Shown here: piece by piece, positions 9,647 through 18,642 of the stretch
Layout of the letters: each line of letters begins with the position of its first letter
How positions within the stretch are numbered: the stretch's first letter is position 1
Assembly (NCBI GenBank): GCA_965203425.1
Contig: OZ241891.1
Span: forward strand, 2,031,127 to 2,095,126
Source: Limisphaerales bacterium
Lineage (GTDB): Bacteria > Verrucomicrobiota > Verrucomicrobiia > Limisphaerales > AAA164-E04
Length of the DNA: 64,000 nucleotides
Reading direction: 5' to 3'
The notes under the pieces: generated by a model
What the model saw: only the letters and a program-made list of their open reading frames with translations
Databases searched by the model: none
What the model was told of the DNA's origin: nothing
Program-made: the position numbers and the translations under genes

Positions 9647-9928
9647 AACATCCTCCCCGCAAATAAAATGCAAAATGATCCGAGCCAACAAACGCGGCCA
9701 TTGCATCCATAATCAAAAAACATCCGCAACTTGCAAGATTAAACATTGCCTCCCCTCAAAAGCAAATAATTCCCTTACAATCCACTCGTCCGGCTGTAAG
9801 ATCCGCCTTTGCCGAATTCTTGTTGCCGAGCGACCAAAGAATCGAATTCTCTCTTCACCCGCCAATCGTCAAAGAAATCAAGATGGCAACAGCACCCAAT
9901 CTTCTCTCCGCCCCACAAAACCTAAAAG

Positions 9929-11686
9929 CTACTTCACCACAATCCATTCTTCCCCCAGCATATCAACGATTTTCACCGCTACTTTGGCCCCAACGCGAGG
10001 CAGATTGAGCTCATAGCGCCCTCTAATAAAATCGGTCTTCCTCCCCGGCAAATCACTCTCCACAATCCGAAAACACTCCCCATCATAATCGGTGTCCATC
10101 AGCACGCAGTCTATCTGCGCCCGATAATCCCCAACCTGCTCCTCAAACAACGTCCGATCTACCTCCAACCGCGCCAAAATAGTCGGACTAATATAATCCA
10201 CAATCTCCACCAGCGCCTTCTTCCCTTTCTTGCGAATCCGAACATCCGCCTCCGCCGGCCGCTCCGCAATCACTCCGTCCTCTTGTATGTCGCAAATGCG
10301 AATGCGATTGATCGGACTCTTCTCTTGGGCCATCTCCGCAACAATCCCCATCTCCGCGCCGTTGCAAAACACAACAATGTCTCGTATTTCCTCCGGCCGG
10401 TTCTGCGCAATCTCATCTTTGATAATCTGAATGTCCAGCCGGTTCAAAGGCCGGTTCATATCTATAATTTTAGCTAACTTGCCATCCACGACGCCGTCAA
10501 AAAACAAGTCTCCGTTGTCTTTTTGGATGCCGTATTTAGAAATGATGATCTTTTTGAATCCGTTTTGTTTGGTAAAGTCGTAGTTATTGACTCGATAGTG
10601 GATTAGGCCGCGGCCGTTTTGCTTGGCGAGGTCGCCGTTTTTGGAGCGGATGACCTTTTGGATTCGTTTGATAGTAGTTTGGATGGCGCCCTTGTTCAAA
10701 TCGGCAACAATCCAGCGTCTTCCCAGACTCTCGGCAACCGCGGCGGTTGTGCCGCTGCCGCAAAAGCAGTCTAACACAATAGACCCTTCGTTACTCGACG
10801 CCTTGATAATGCGCTCCAACAACGCCTCCGGCTTCTGAGTAGGAAAGTCAAGTCGCTCATGCCCAATATTCAACATTGGGATACGCCAAACACTCGTTAC
10901 TAACTTATCCGTCGTTGTCTTGTACAGTATTTTGCCCTTCTTATCACGCACCACATCTGCCTCTTTGGTCTTAGGGTTAAATACCCGTACCGGTTGTCGC
11001 CGAGGTTTTTCATCGTCAAATGCTTCACGTTGCTCATGCCAGATATAATTACTGCTCTTGGCATAATGCAGAATTAAATCATGCACTTGATGATACTTGC
11101 TTGACTTTGCTTTCAGCCCGGAATTCGGATAGTGCCAAATAACTTCATTTCTAAAACCATCTATTCCAAACACCTCATCCAACAAAAAACGCAAGTGATG
11201 GCTTTTATGCCAATCACAATGCAAGTAAAGACTCCCTTGCTGACTTAACAACTCCCTCAACAATATCAACCGCTCATACATAAACTGCAAATAGTTGTCG
11301 TTCGCCCAAATATCCTCATACTGCGCGCTCTCAATGGCAGTATGCCCCGCCGCCTTCCATTTGGCCGACTGCCCCCGCAACTGCACTTGGCGAACATAGT
11401 CCGCGGCAGAATCAAAGGGCGGATCCCCATAAATCAAATCCACTTTGCCCCGAAACCCGGCAATCAAAAGACAAGACAAGATTTCTTTGTTATCGCCGTG
11501 AAACAATAGATTGTGGCCGCTCTTCACAAACGCATCATAAGACGGCTCAGCGGGCGGCTTTTCCACACCCACAGTCTCGCGCAACTGCGCCGGGAAATGC
11601 TTCACTTTGTCCAAAGGCTTCTTCCCCACCCAATGCAGCATCGGCCGCCCTTTCACCGCAGTAATTCTAACCGTTTTCTTCTTCAT
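9929..11686 (-). CDS. mod: site-specific DNA methyltransferase, beta-class N6A/N4C, Type III Mod-like
   Basis: Motif IV is IYGDPPFDS and motif I is VLDCFCGSGTTAAVAESLGRRWIVADL, in IV->I order. There is a ~250-aa extra C-terminal region. ATG 11684-11686 overlaps the res stop (ATGA); the track ORF starts at 11701. Confidence 0.85.
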   Translation of the reverse strand: MKKKTVRITAVKGRPMLHWVGKKPLDKVKHFPAQLRETVGVEKPPAEPSYDAFVKSGHNLLFHGDNKEILSCLLIAGFRGKVDLIYGDPPFDSAADYVRQVQLRGQSAKWKAAGHTAIESAQYEDIWANDNYLQFMYERLILLRELLSQQGSLYLHCDWHKSHHLRFLLDEVFGIDGFRNEVIWHYPNSGLKAKSSKYHQVHDLILHYAKSSNYIWHEQREAFDDEKPRRQPVRVFNPKTKEADVVRDKKGKILYKTTTDKLVTSVWRIPMLNIGHERLDFPTQKPEALLERIIKASSNEGSIVLDCFCGSGTTAAVAESLGRRWIVADLNKGAIQTTIKRIQKVIRSKNGDLAKQNGRGLIHYRVNNYDFTKQNGFKKIIISKYGIQKDNGDLFFDGVVDGKLAKIIDMNRPLNRLDIQIIKDEIAQNRPEEIRDIVVFCNGAEMGIVAEMAQEKSPINRIRICDIQEDGVIAERPAEADVRIRKKGKKALVEIVDYISPTILARLEVDRTLFEEQVGDYRAQIDCVLMDTDYDGECFRIVESDLPGRKTDFIRGRYELNLPRVGAKVAVKIVDMLGEEWIVVK

Positions 11687-14277
11687 TGTGAGTAAATCCA
11701 ATCGATGATGGGCTTGAGTTTATCCGCTTCTATGGTGCCTGTGGAAGTATAAACGACGTTGTATTTAAATTTATCGGGTTGCATTTTCTGCAAACGCTCC
11801 ACCGCTTTTTTCTTTGTTTCCACTGTTTTGTCGCCGCCCTCGCTTTCTGCTTTGACTTCCACAATATAAAACTCGCCCGTCTTTTTCACAATCACAAAGT
11901 CGGGAAAATATCGATGGTATCGCTTGTCTTCGCCCAAGTATTCGAAATGAAAGTCAGTCTTTCTGGAATCGGTCAAACCGCCCGTAAATAAGAATGCTTC
12001 TACCTCATCGGGGTTTGTGTTAAGCGCAAACAATATGTCCCGAAAGAAAGCGCATTCCGGCTTGCTGTCGAAGTTGTAAGGAGTGTAGTGAAAGCTTAAG
12101 TTATGATTGTCTTTATCTTGTTTATTGTCGATGAGCAGGCCATTCTCTTTCATTTGTTGATGCGTTCTTTCGAGCAGGCGCAAGCGGTGAACGTAAACGC
12201 CGTCTTCGTCCTTTTCAAAAACATCTTTGCCATTTTCATCTTGAAGGCGAATTAGCGCCATTGCTTCGGTAATCTTCTCTTCCACAGTCTTGTAATTCGC
12301 TTGCTGATCTTCCACCTGCTGAAACAAGCTGTATAAGTGGGTGTTTGGCATTTCCCTTTGCGGATATAGATTGTTAAGTTGCTTTAAAATCAGCATGGCC
12401 GGTAGATGGTATTTTGTGGCGATTTTATGCGAGGCGGTGTAACAACTTATTGTTTCCGTTGCGGCGGGCAGTTCTTTTATATTGCCGGTTGGCATTAGAA
12501 TTTGTGTTGGCCCGCTGAAATCCGGGGTGAGAACACTGCGCAGTATTGACGGAGCTTGTTGGGGTTTTGGTGGATTCAACGCAATTTTTTGATTTGGCGG
12601 CTCGGTTCGGACGGCTCGTTTCACCGTGCGGGTAATTTCCAGCTTGGGAAGTTGTGCTTTAACAACTCGCATGGTGACTGTTTCTTTGGGGTTCGAGGCG
12701 GCGGAGAGTCGGATGATGTCGGTTCCAAAGTTTTCTTGCAGTTCTTTGTCTAGAATCTTTGCATTGCCGCGATCCAGAAATATTTTGGCCGGACGCTGGT
12801 TTCCCTGCACTTGCCGCAGACAGCGAGTTGCCGCTTGCAGGACGTAGTTATTGCTCTTTGTTTGCTCTTTGATTAGCGCGCAGGCAAACAAGCTGGGGCA
12901 GTTCCAACCTTCCACGCCTTTACCTATCAATAAAATAATCCGCTTTTGGTGGCCGGGGTTGTTGAGTCGTTTGAACTGGTCCATTTCCTCGGCTTTGGAC
13001 TGCTGTGTATTGACTAATATTTGATCAACACTTTCGCCGATGTTTGCCATGGCTTGTTCAATCAATCGACGAGATTGGGTCAAGTGTTCTTGGGTTTTAA
13101 AATAAAAGGCCATTTTTGCCTTGGCTCCGTTGGGGAGTGAGACGTCTCCGTATTTGTTGAAAAACTCCCGAATGATGTCATTAAAAACCGTTTTCTCTGA
13201 TTGCCCTTTGATATTGTATTGGTGTATTCCGTTACAGAGTTCTTTTAGGATATTGTCTTGTATTCCGTCGCTGAGTCCGTACCAGACGACAACCTCTTTG
13301 AGATGTTCTTTTTTGTAATAAGGCGTTCCGGTTGTGTTGACCACCGCGATGATGGGAGTGTGTTCGTGAATGTAGTTGATGGTTTCGCGCACTCGCTTTA
13401 GTTTGTCAAAAGTGTTGCCGTAAGTGTGATGCGCTTCATCGGAGAAGACGCCGAGGTTGGGCAGACTGGCGATTTTTTGGAGACGACAATTGGCTTGAAG
13501 TTCCTTTTCTCGATAGTCCGTTTCTGTCTGATTGCTTCTTCTTCGGGCGCGCAGGCTAATTTTTTCGGTGTTGGAAACGATCAAGTTGTAACTGCTACGT
13601 TCTTGTGCTTGTATGTCTTTTCGGCTACCCGGATATTCAATTTTTAGATTGGCGGCGAAATCTCGGTTAATGTTGGGAGGGAGAATTTTTTCATAGGGCA
13701 GTCCGCTGATTTCGCGCAGGCTTTCAATGATGGTTGTGCCGGGCGCAAAGACTAAGGCGTTTTTCATAAAGTTGCCTTGGGAATAACGCAGGGACATGGC
13801 AAATTCTGTGGCGATGATTGTTCCAATCAGCGCAGTCTTTCCGGCGCCCATCGTCAAGGCGAGAATGTAACTTGGATAGGGCAGTATTGTGGCTTCGTGC
13901 AAGGCTTGAATTCGTCTTTCTTTGACCCAATTTAGATCGGTTTTGACCTTCTCGATGATGTAGTCTATGGATGCTAATTCTTGGGCGTCTTTTGAGATGG
14001 GAATTTTTAGAGCTTTGAAAAAGTCTTTCTTGTTCTTTGCGTAGTAATGTTTGTATAGGTTTATGACGTGGGGAGTTTGCAGTATGAGGCGGATATACCA
14101 GTATACTTCAAGGGCGAGGAGTTGTGGTTCGCGCAGAAACTTGGGGGTTGGGCTGTCTTTTTGCGTTTCCATTTGGTAGGCGAGGATTTCGCCTATCATC
14201 GGGTATTCTTCGCAAGGGTATCCGCTTTTGCGCCATTGAAGGGCGGATTGTTTCAGGGCTTCGTATAAGATGGGCAT
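11683..14277 (-). CDS. res: Type III restriction enzyme Res-like helicase-nuclease subunit
   Basis: Walker A LTMGAGKTAL, DEAH box VFSDEAHHTYG, motif VI-like QAATRCLRQ. C-terminal PD-(D/E)xK-like motif FPDFVIVKKTGEFYIVEVKAE. Confidence 0.8.
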   Translation of the reverse strand: MPILYEALKQSALQWRKSGYPCEEYPMIGEILAYQMETQKDSPTPKFLREPQLLALEVYWYIRLILQTPHVINLYKHYYAKNKKDFFKALKIPISKDAQELASIDYIIEKVKTDLNWVKERRIQALHEATILPYPSYILALTMGAGKTALIGTIIATEFAMSLRYSQGNFMKNALVFAPGTTIIESLREISGLPYEKILPPNINRDFAANLKIEYPGSRKDIQAQERSSYNLIVSNTEKISLRARRRSNQTETDYREKELQANCRLQKIASLPNLGVFSDEAHHTYGNTFDKLKRVRETINYIHEHTPIIAVVNTTGTPYYKKEHLKEVVVWYGLSDGIQDNILKELCNGIHQYNIKGQSEKTVFNDIIREFFNKYGDVSLPNGAKAKMAFYFKTQEHLTQSRRLIEQAMANIGESVDQILVNTQQSKAEEMDQFKRLNNPGHQKRIILLIGKGVEGWNCPSLFACALIKEQTKSNNYVLQAATRCLRQVQGNQRPAKIFLDRGNAKILDKELQENFGTDIIRLSAASNPKETVTMRVVKAQLPKLEITRTVKRAVRTEPPNQKIALNPPKPQQAPSILRSVLTPDFSGPTQILMPTGNIKELPAATETISCYTASHKIATKYHLPAMLILKQLNNLYPQREMPNTHLYSLFQQVEDQQANYKTVEEKITEAMALIRLQDENGKDVFEKDEDGVYVHRLRLLERTHQQMKENGLLIDNKQDKDNHNLSFHYTPYNFDSKPECAFFRDILFALNTNPDEVEAFLFTGGLTDSRKTDFHFEYLGEDKRYHRYFPDFVIVKKTGEFYIVEVKAESEGGDKTVETKKKAVERLQKMQPDKFKYNVVYTSTGTIEADKLKPIIDWIYSQ

Positions 14278-14362
14278 GGGCGAGGATTGGTAAGAAAATC
14301 AAAGGGGGTTTGTGTTTTTTGTTTTTTGTTTGCGGGGTTGTTGGATTTGTTGAGTGGCCGGT

Positions 14363-15241
14363 TTAGGCAAAATGGGAGCGGTATTGTTTTAATGGAAAGA
14401 ACTTTCCCGGACACGCGGTGGATTGATTGGGCAGGTCTTTGTGTCCCCAAACTTCCTGCCGTCCTCGGAGCAGGCTGATTTGTAGGTAGCGGGTTAGGTT
14501 GTAGAGAGATTTTAGTTGGCGTCCGGTGGGTTGTTTTTTTTCAAAATTGCCGACGAGGCAAATCCCGACTGATATTTCGTTGAGATCTTGACCGTTGACG
14601 TGGCCTCCGTAGATTTGTTTTTTCCAGCGGCGGCCGATTTCGATTTCTCCGTCGTGCGAGCCGGTGCCGTTTCCGATGACGAAGTGATAGGCCAAACCAT
14701 TCTCCATTCTTCGTCTTTCCCTGTGGAATCGATCAAAGCTGGAGGCGTCTCCCACGGTGGTTGCGGAGTGGTGGACGATGATTTTCCGCCAGCGGTTGCG
14801 GTCGACTCTTCTATGTCCAATTTTCCAGCGCAGTGTTTGCGGGAGGCCGGCGGGGATTTGGAGATTTTGGCCGAGGCGAATAATGTCGGAGGAAAGCTGA
14901 TTTTGTCTTTTGAGGTCAGCGACGGAGGTATCGAATTTCTCGGCGACTTTCCAGAGGCTGTCGCCTTTTTGGACTCGGTAGATGTTTTTGGAAGTGGAGA
15001 AGAGGACGTCGTTGGGGCAATATAGGAGTTGGCCGAGGTGAATGGTATCGGAGGAGAGTCGGTTTTGCTTTTTGAGCTCGGCGACGGAGGTGCCGAATTT
15101 CTCGGCGACTTTCCAGAGGCTGTCGCCTTTTTGGACTCGGTAGATGTTTCCGGCGTTGGTGGTGCGGTGCCAACCGGTGAAGGCGAGGCTACCTATGGCG
15201 CTTCCGATGAATTGGCCGAATTGGCGGCGGTTGAATTCCAT
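14363..15241 (-). CDS. peptidoglycan amidase (amidase_2/PGRP-type) with two N-terminal LysM domains
   Basis: Two LysM repeats (IYRVQKGDSLWKVAEKF.TSVA.LK.QN.LSSD). These are followed by IIVHHSATTVGD ... AYHFVIGNG ... GHKD ... CPGKFFP. Confidence 0.85.
   Translation of the reverse strand: MEFNRRQFGQFIGSAIGSLAFTGWHRTTNAGNIYRVQKGDSLWKVAEKFGTSVAELKKQNRLSSDTIHLGQLLYCPNDVLFSTSKNIYRVQKGDSLWKVAEKFDTSVADLKRQNQLSSDIIRLGQNLQIPAGLPQTLRWKIGHRRVDRNRWRKIIVHHSATTVGDASSFDRFHRERRRMENGLAYHFVIGNGTGSHDGEIEIGRRWKKQIYGGHVNGQDLNEISVGICLVGNFEKKQPTGRQLKSLYNLTRYLQISLLRGRQEVWGHKDLPNQSTACPGKFFPLKQYRSHFA
14919..15149. repeat. near-identical ~69-bp direct repeat (period 162 bp) encoding the two LysM cores
   Basis: gcgacggaggt(a/g)(t/c)cgaatttctcggcgactttccagaggctgtcgcctttttggactcggtagatgttt occurs at 14919-14987 and 15081-15149 with 2 mismatches. 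Confidence 0.8.
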
Positions 15242-15292
15242 ACTGACGATGCGGCTTTTCTGTAAAATTCCAAAATCGACGTTCGAGAGAAT

Positions 15293-16252
15293 TTAGCCCA
15301 TGTTGTCTTTATTTTCAAATTGTTTTTGCGTTCGGAGGGAAGTGTTGCGGAGAATGGCGGGCGGAGGATGGGGGATCATTTGCGTTTGGTATAATTTAAA
15401 GAGGGCTTGGGTGCCGTCATTTTCGCCGCCTGAGGCCGTTAGTTTTTCGTACAATTGCTTTGCTAGTTTTAGGCCCGGCAGGTTCAGCTTCATTGTTTCT
15501 GCGGACTCGAGGGCGATTCGCATGTCTTTGAGGAAGTGTTTGATGAAGAATCCGGGGGCGAAGTCTTCTTGCAGGATTCGGGGCGCTAGGTTGGATAATG
15601 CCCAACTTCCCGCCGCTCCGCTTTCGATGCTTTTGAGGACGATGCGCGGATTGAGGCCGGACTTTTTGGCGTAGGCTAAGGCTTCGCAAATCGCCGTCAT
15701 TCCGGAAGCGATGGCTATTTGGTTGCACATTTTTGCGTGTTGGCCGGCGCCGGATCCGCCTTGCAGGGCGATGTTTTCGCCCAGAATCTCAAAGATGGGT
15801 TTGGCTTTTTCAAAAGCGGCGGCATCGCCTCCGACCATGATGGAAAGCCTTGCTTCTTGCGCGCCAATATCGCCGCCGGAAACCGGAGCGTCCAGAACGG
15901 CTACTTTTTTGGATTGGGCTTGTTGGTGAATTTGGACCGCCAAGTCGGGGCTTGAGGTGGTCATGTCAATGGCTATCGTTCCCGGTTTTGCGCGTTCCAG
16001 AATTCCATTTTCGCCAAAATAGACGGATTCCACGTCTCGCGGGAACCCGACTATTGTGATTACAAAGTCGGCTTGGGCGGCGGCGTCTCCGGCCGTGTTT
16101 TGCCAGATTGCGCCTTTATTCAAAAGGTTTTGCGCTTTTTCTTTTGTTCGGTTGTGGACGCAAAGTCGGTAGCCGGCGGCAAGCAGATGTCCCGCCATGC
16201 TCTGCCCCATTACGCCGGTGCCGATAAAACCGATTTGCGCTTTTTGATTCAT
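15293..16252 (-). CDS. NAD(P)-dependent oxidoreductase, 3-hydroxyisobutyrate/6-phosphogluconate dehydrogenase family
   Basis: Start set at ATG 16252 (MNQKAQIGFIGTGVMGQSMAGHLLAAGY, a Rossmann GxGxxG). The upstream part of track ORF 15293..16768 is Arg-rich junk overlapping the peroxiredoxin gene. Confidence 0.85.
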   Translation of the reverse strand: MNQKAQIGFIGTGVMGQSMAGHLLAAGYRLCVHNRTKEKAQNLLNKGAIWQNTAGDAAAQADFVITIVGFPRDVESVYFGENGILERAKPGTIAIDMTTSSPDLAVQIHQQAQSKKVAVLDAPVSGGDIGAQEARLSIMVGGDAAAFEKAKPIFEILGENIALQGGSGAGQHAKMCNQIAIASGMTAICEALAYAKKSGLNPRIVLKSIESGAAGSWALSNLAPRILQEDFAPGFFIKHFLKDMRIALESAETMKLNLPGLKLAKQLYEKLTASGGENDGTQALFKLYQTQMIPHPPPAILRNTSLRTQKQFENKDNMG

Positions 16253-16446
16253 AGCGGTTTGTGTTGCCGAATGGTTTGAGAGTCGAGATAAAATTAAACC
16301 GATTTTAGCTGCTGGGCAAATGTCTCCTTTCAAACGAGGAGTCCCGCTTTTCCGAGTTCGAAACGGCAACGAAGCGCAAGCCGAAACAGTGCGGTTTCGT
16401 TGCTTCCAATGAAACAATGAAAAAGTCCGTCGACGACGGCGGTTGG

Positions 16447-16926
16447 TTATTGGAGTTTTTCGAGCGTCGCTTGAATGGCGGCGAAGTTGGGAAGGTCTTT
16501 GGGCGTTGGAGTTTGTTCTGAATACTGGATGATGCCGTTTTTGTCGATGACGAAGGCCGCCCTCGCGCTCACGGCGCCGAATCCCATCAAGTCGTCCAGC
16601 AAGACTCCGTAATCTTGGGCGGTCTTTTTGTTCAGGTCGCTGGCCAGCGGGATTCCGATGTTTTCTTTTTGCGCCCAAGATTCCTGAGCGAAGGGACTGT
16701 CCACGCTGATGCCGATGACGGCCGCGTTGAGGGTTTTGTATTGTTTCAACCCGGCGGTCACGTCGCACAATTCCTTGGTGCAGACGCCGGTAAACGCCAG
16801 CGGAAAAAACAACAAAACCGTGTTCTTTTGGTCGAGGTTGTCGCTCAGCGACAGATCGATGACTTCTTCGCCGCGTTTTGATTTCAACGAAAATTGGGGG
16901 GCTCTTGTTCCTACTGCAATGGCCAT
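16447..16926 (-). CDS. peroxiredoxin (AhpC/TSA-redoxin family)
   Basis: APQFSLKS..., LLFFPLAFTGVCTKELC (peroxidatic Cys context). Size 159 aa. Confidence 0.85.
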   Translation of the reverse strand: MAIAVGTRAPQFSLKSKRGEEVIDLSLSDNLDQKNTVLLFFPLAFTGVCTKELCDVTAGLKQYKTLNAAVIGISVDSPFAQESWAQKENIGIPLASDLNKKTAQDYGVLLDDLMGFGAVSARAAFVIDKNGIIQYSEQTPTPKDLPNFAAIQATLEKLQ

Positions 16927-17026
16927 AATGTTTGTCTTTCTTTACGATTAGAATTTCAAAAGAAGAATTTATAGGCGGGCGGCCAATTCTTTGTCAAGCT
17001 CCGATTTTTCCTATTTTTCCAAAAAT

Positions 17027-17055
17027 TTGACAGCGTTTGCGCAAACGGCTAGCTT
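17027..17055 (+). promoter_or_regulatory. sigma70-like promoter candidate with a palindromic spacer
   Basis: TTGACA (17027-17032), N17, TAGCTT (17050-17055). The spacer contains the perfect 12-bp palindrome gtttgcgcaaac (17035-17046). Confidence 0.3.
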
Positions 17056-17951
17056 CCTTTCCCGTGCAAATTATTGTGAATGGGGAGCAGATTCATCCCG
17101 ATCTGATTGATCAAGAATTTTGTCAGATAAAATCTTGGCACGAACAGCAAAGCCAAGTGAGCTGTTGCGAACGCGACGATGAATTTCTTGCGCAGGCGAA
17201 GGAAAACGTCATCGGCCGCGTGCTGCTGAGCCAAAAGGCGGAGAGTAGCATGCCGGAGCCAAGCGATGCGGAAATCCATCAAACCATCGAACAAATGAAG
17301 CAAAACTACGAAGGCCAAGCGCCATTCTTCGACCAAACCGGCTTTCGCCCGGACGAAGCGAATCTGCTTCGGCAACAAGCGGCGATCCACGGCAAGGTGG
17401 ACAAGCTTGTCCAAAAGATTTGCGGGGAAGAAACGCCGCCAAAAGAAGAATCCTTGCGCCGATACTACGGCGAAAACATAGAGCGATACACTTCGGATCC
17501 TCGCGTCCGGGCAATGCACATCTACAAATCCCTTCGCCAAACCCAAGACAAAGAAGCCCTCTTTTGGGAGTGTTGCCGGGTGCGGCAAGAACTGGCCGCC
17601 GGAGCGGATTTTGCCGCCGTTGCCGAACGTTTTTCGGACAAACCGAAGGAGGAAGTGGATTTGGGCTGGTTCCAGCGGGGAGAACTCATGGACGAGTTTG
17701 AGTTTGTCACTTTTTCCATGAACGTCGACGAAGTCAGCCCCGTGTTTGCTTCCAGCCACGGATTCCACATTGCCAAAGTCACCGAAAAAGAACCCGCCAC
17801 GCCGCAACCATTTGAAACAGCCAAAGACAAGGTTGCGGAAGACTTTCGCCTCGACCGCCGAAATCAAAAGCTAAAAACCTACGTCGAAAAACTTCGAAGC
17901 GACGCCGACATCCAAGAAATTAAGGACGAGGAAACAGAACAAAAACATTGA
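17037..17951 (+). CDS. parvulin-type peptidyl-prolyl cis-trans isomerase (PpiC/SurA-like)
   Basis: Parvulin block DLGWFQRGELMDEFEFVTFSMNVDEVSPVFASSHGFHIAKV. The start is uncertain: TTG 17037 per the track, while in-frame GTG 17064 (VQIIVNGEQI) is at least as likely. Confidence 0.75.
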   Translation: MRKRLASFPVQIIVNGEQIHPDLIDQEFCQIKSWHEQQSQVSCCERDDEFLAQAKENVIGRVLLSQKAESSMPEPSDAEIHQTIEQMKQNYEGQAPFFDQTGFRPDEANLLRQQAAIHGKVDKLVQKICGEETPPKEESLRRYYGENIERYTSDPRVRAMHIYKSLRQTQDKEALFWECCRVRQELAAGADFAAVAERFSDKPKEEVDLGWFQRGELMDEFEFVTFSMNVDEVSPVFASSHGFHIAKVTEKEPATPQPFETAKDKVAEDFRLDRRNQKLKTYVEKLRSDADIQEIKDEETEQKH

Positions 17952-17994
17952 CCGTTGCGGGACGCCTTCCCAGTATCCGCCTGAAAACGAAAAA

Positions 17995-18594
17995 ATGACG
18001 ACTCTTTCTCCGCTCACTCAATCCTTTTTGCAAGCGATTCAAACCGACTCCCTTCCCTCGCTGGGACCAAATTCCCGTCCCGGCGTCAAAAGCCGCGGCG
18101 AACTCTTGGAACTTGCCGACGCCTTTTGCAAAGCCAACGGCATAGAAGAGAACACTCGGCGTCTTCTACAATCCTCCGCCCTGCTGTGGCACGATGATTT
18201 GAACGGTTCCCACGAAATCTCGCAAAGCATCCAGACGGCCGACGGAAGTTTTCTTCACGGCATCATGCATCGCAGAGAGCCGGACAACAGCAACGCCAAG
18301 TATTGGTTTCGCCGGGTTGGCGATCATCCCAGTTTCCCGGCGCTGGCCGTTGCCGTCTGCGATTTTGCGGCCGCCAATTCGCAATCCCTTGGCGAGAGCG
18401 GCCAAGTCTCCGGCGAATTCGATTTTGTCTCCTCACTAATCCCCAATGGTCGTTGGGACGCCTTTGCCTTTGTGGACGCCTGCCATCGCGCCATGAACCA
18501 AACCGAGTCTCCTTCCGCCTCAGAAATCCAAAAGCCTCTTCAAAAAATTCAGGAGTTAGAGTTCCAAACTTTGCTGAATCATTTTCTCTCCTGA
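17995..18594 (+). CDS. hypothetical protein
   Basis: Clean ATG ORF of 199 aa with normal composition. It contains the conserved-looking stretch FLHGIMHRREPDNSNAKYWFRRVGDHPSF. No family is recognised. Confidence 0.6.
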   Translation: MTTLSPLTQSFLQAIQTDSLPSLGPNSRPGVKSRGELLELADAFCKANGIEENTRRLLQSSALLWHDDLNGSHEISQSIQTADGSFLHGIMHRREPDNSNAKYWFRRVGDHPSFPALAVAVCDFAAANSQSLGESGQVSGEFDFVSSLIPNGRWDAFAFVDACHRAMNQTESPSASEIQKPLQKIQELEFQTLLNHFLS

Positions 18595-18642
18595 GCGATC
18601 CGCGCAATCCCAAAAGATTATGCGATGTCGTCTGATTTCATT

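Noticed and set aside
16420-16443. A short GC hairpin plus T-run on the minus strand just after the peroxiredoxin stop (ccgtcg-t-cgacgg-acttttt), considered as a possible terminator.
   Set aside because: Only a 4-6-bp stem is possible once a realistic loop is allowed, which is too weak to call without folding energies. The dehydrogenase gene downstream may simply be co-transcribed.
15293-16768. Over-long 5' extensions in the ORF track: 15293-16768, 531-1400, 22084-23721, 26583-27371, 47633-49144, 48760-50235, 59114-60967 and 34313-35677.
   Set aside because: The extensions overlap upstream genes and translate to Arg/Pro-rich junk. Internal starts give N-termini that match the respective families (dehydrogenase, SufE, LarC, CtpA, TsaD, RseP, Pgk).
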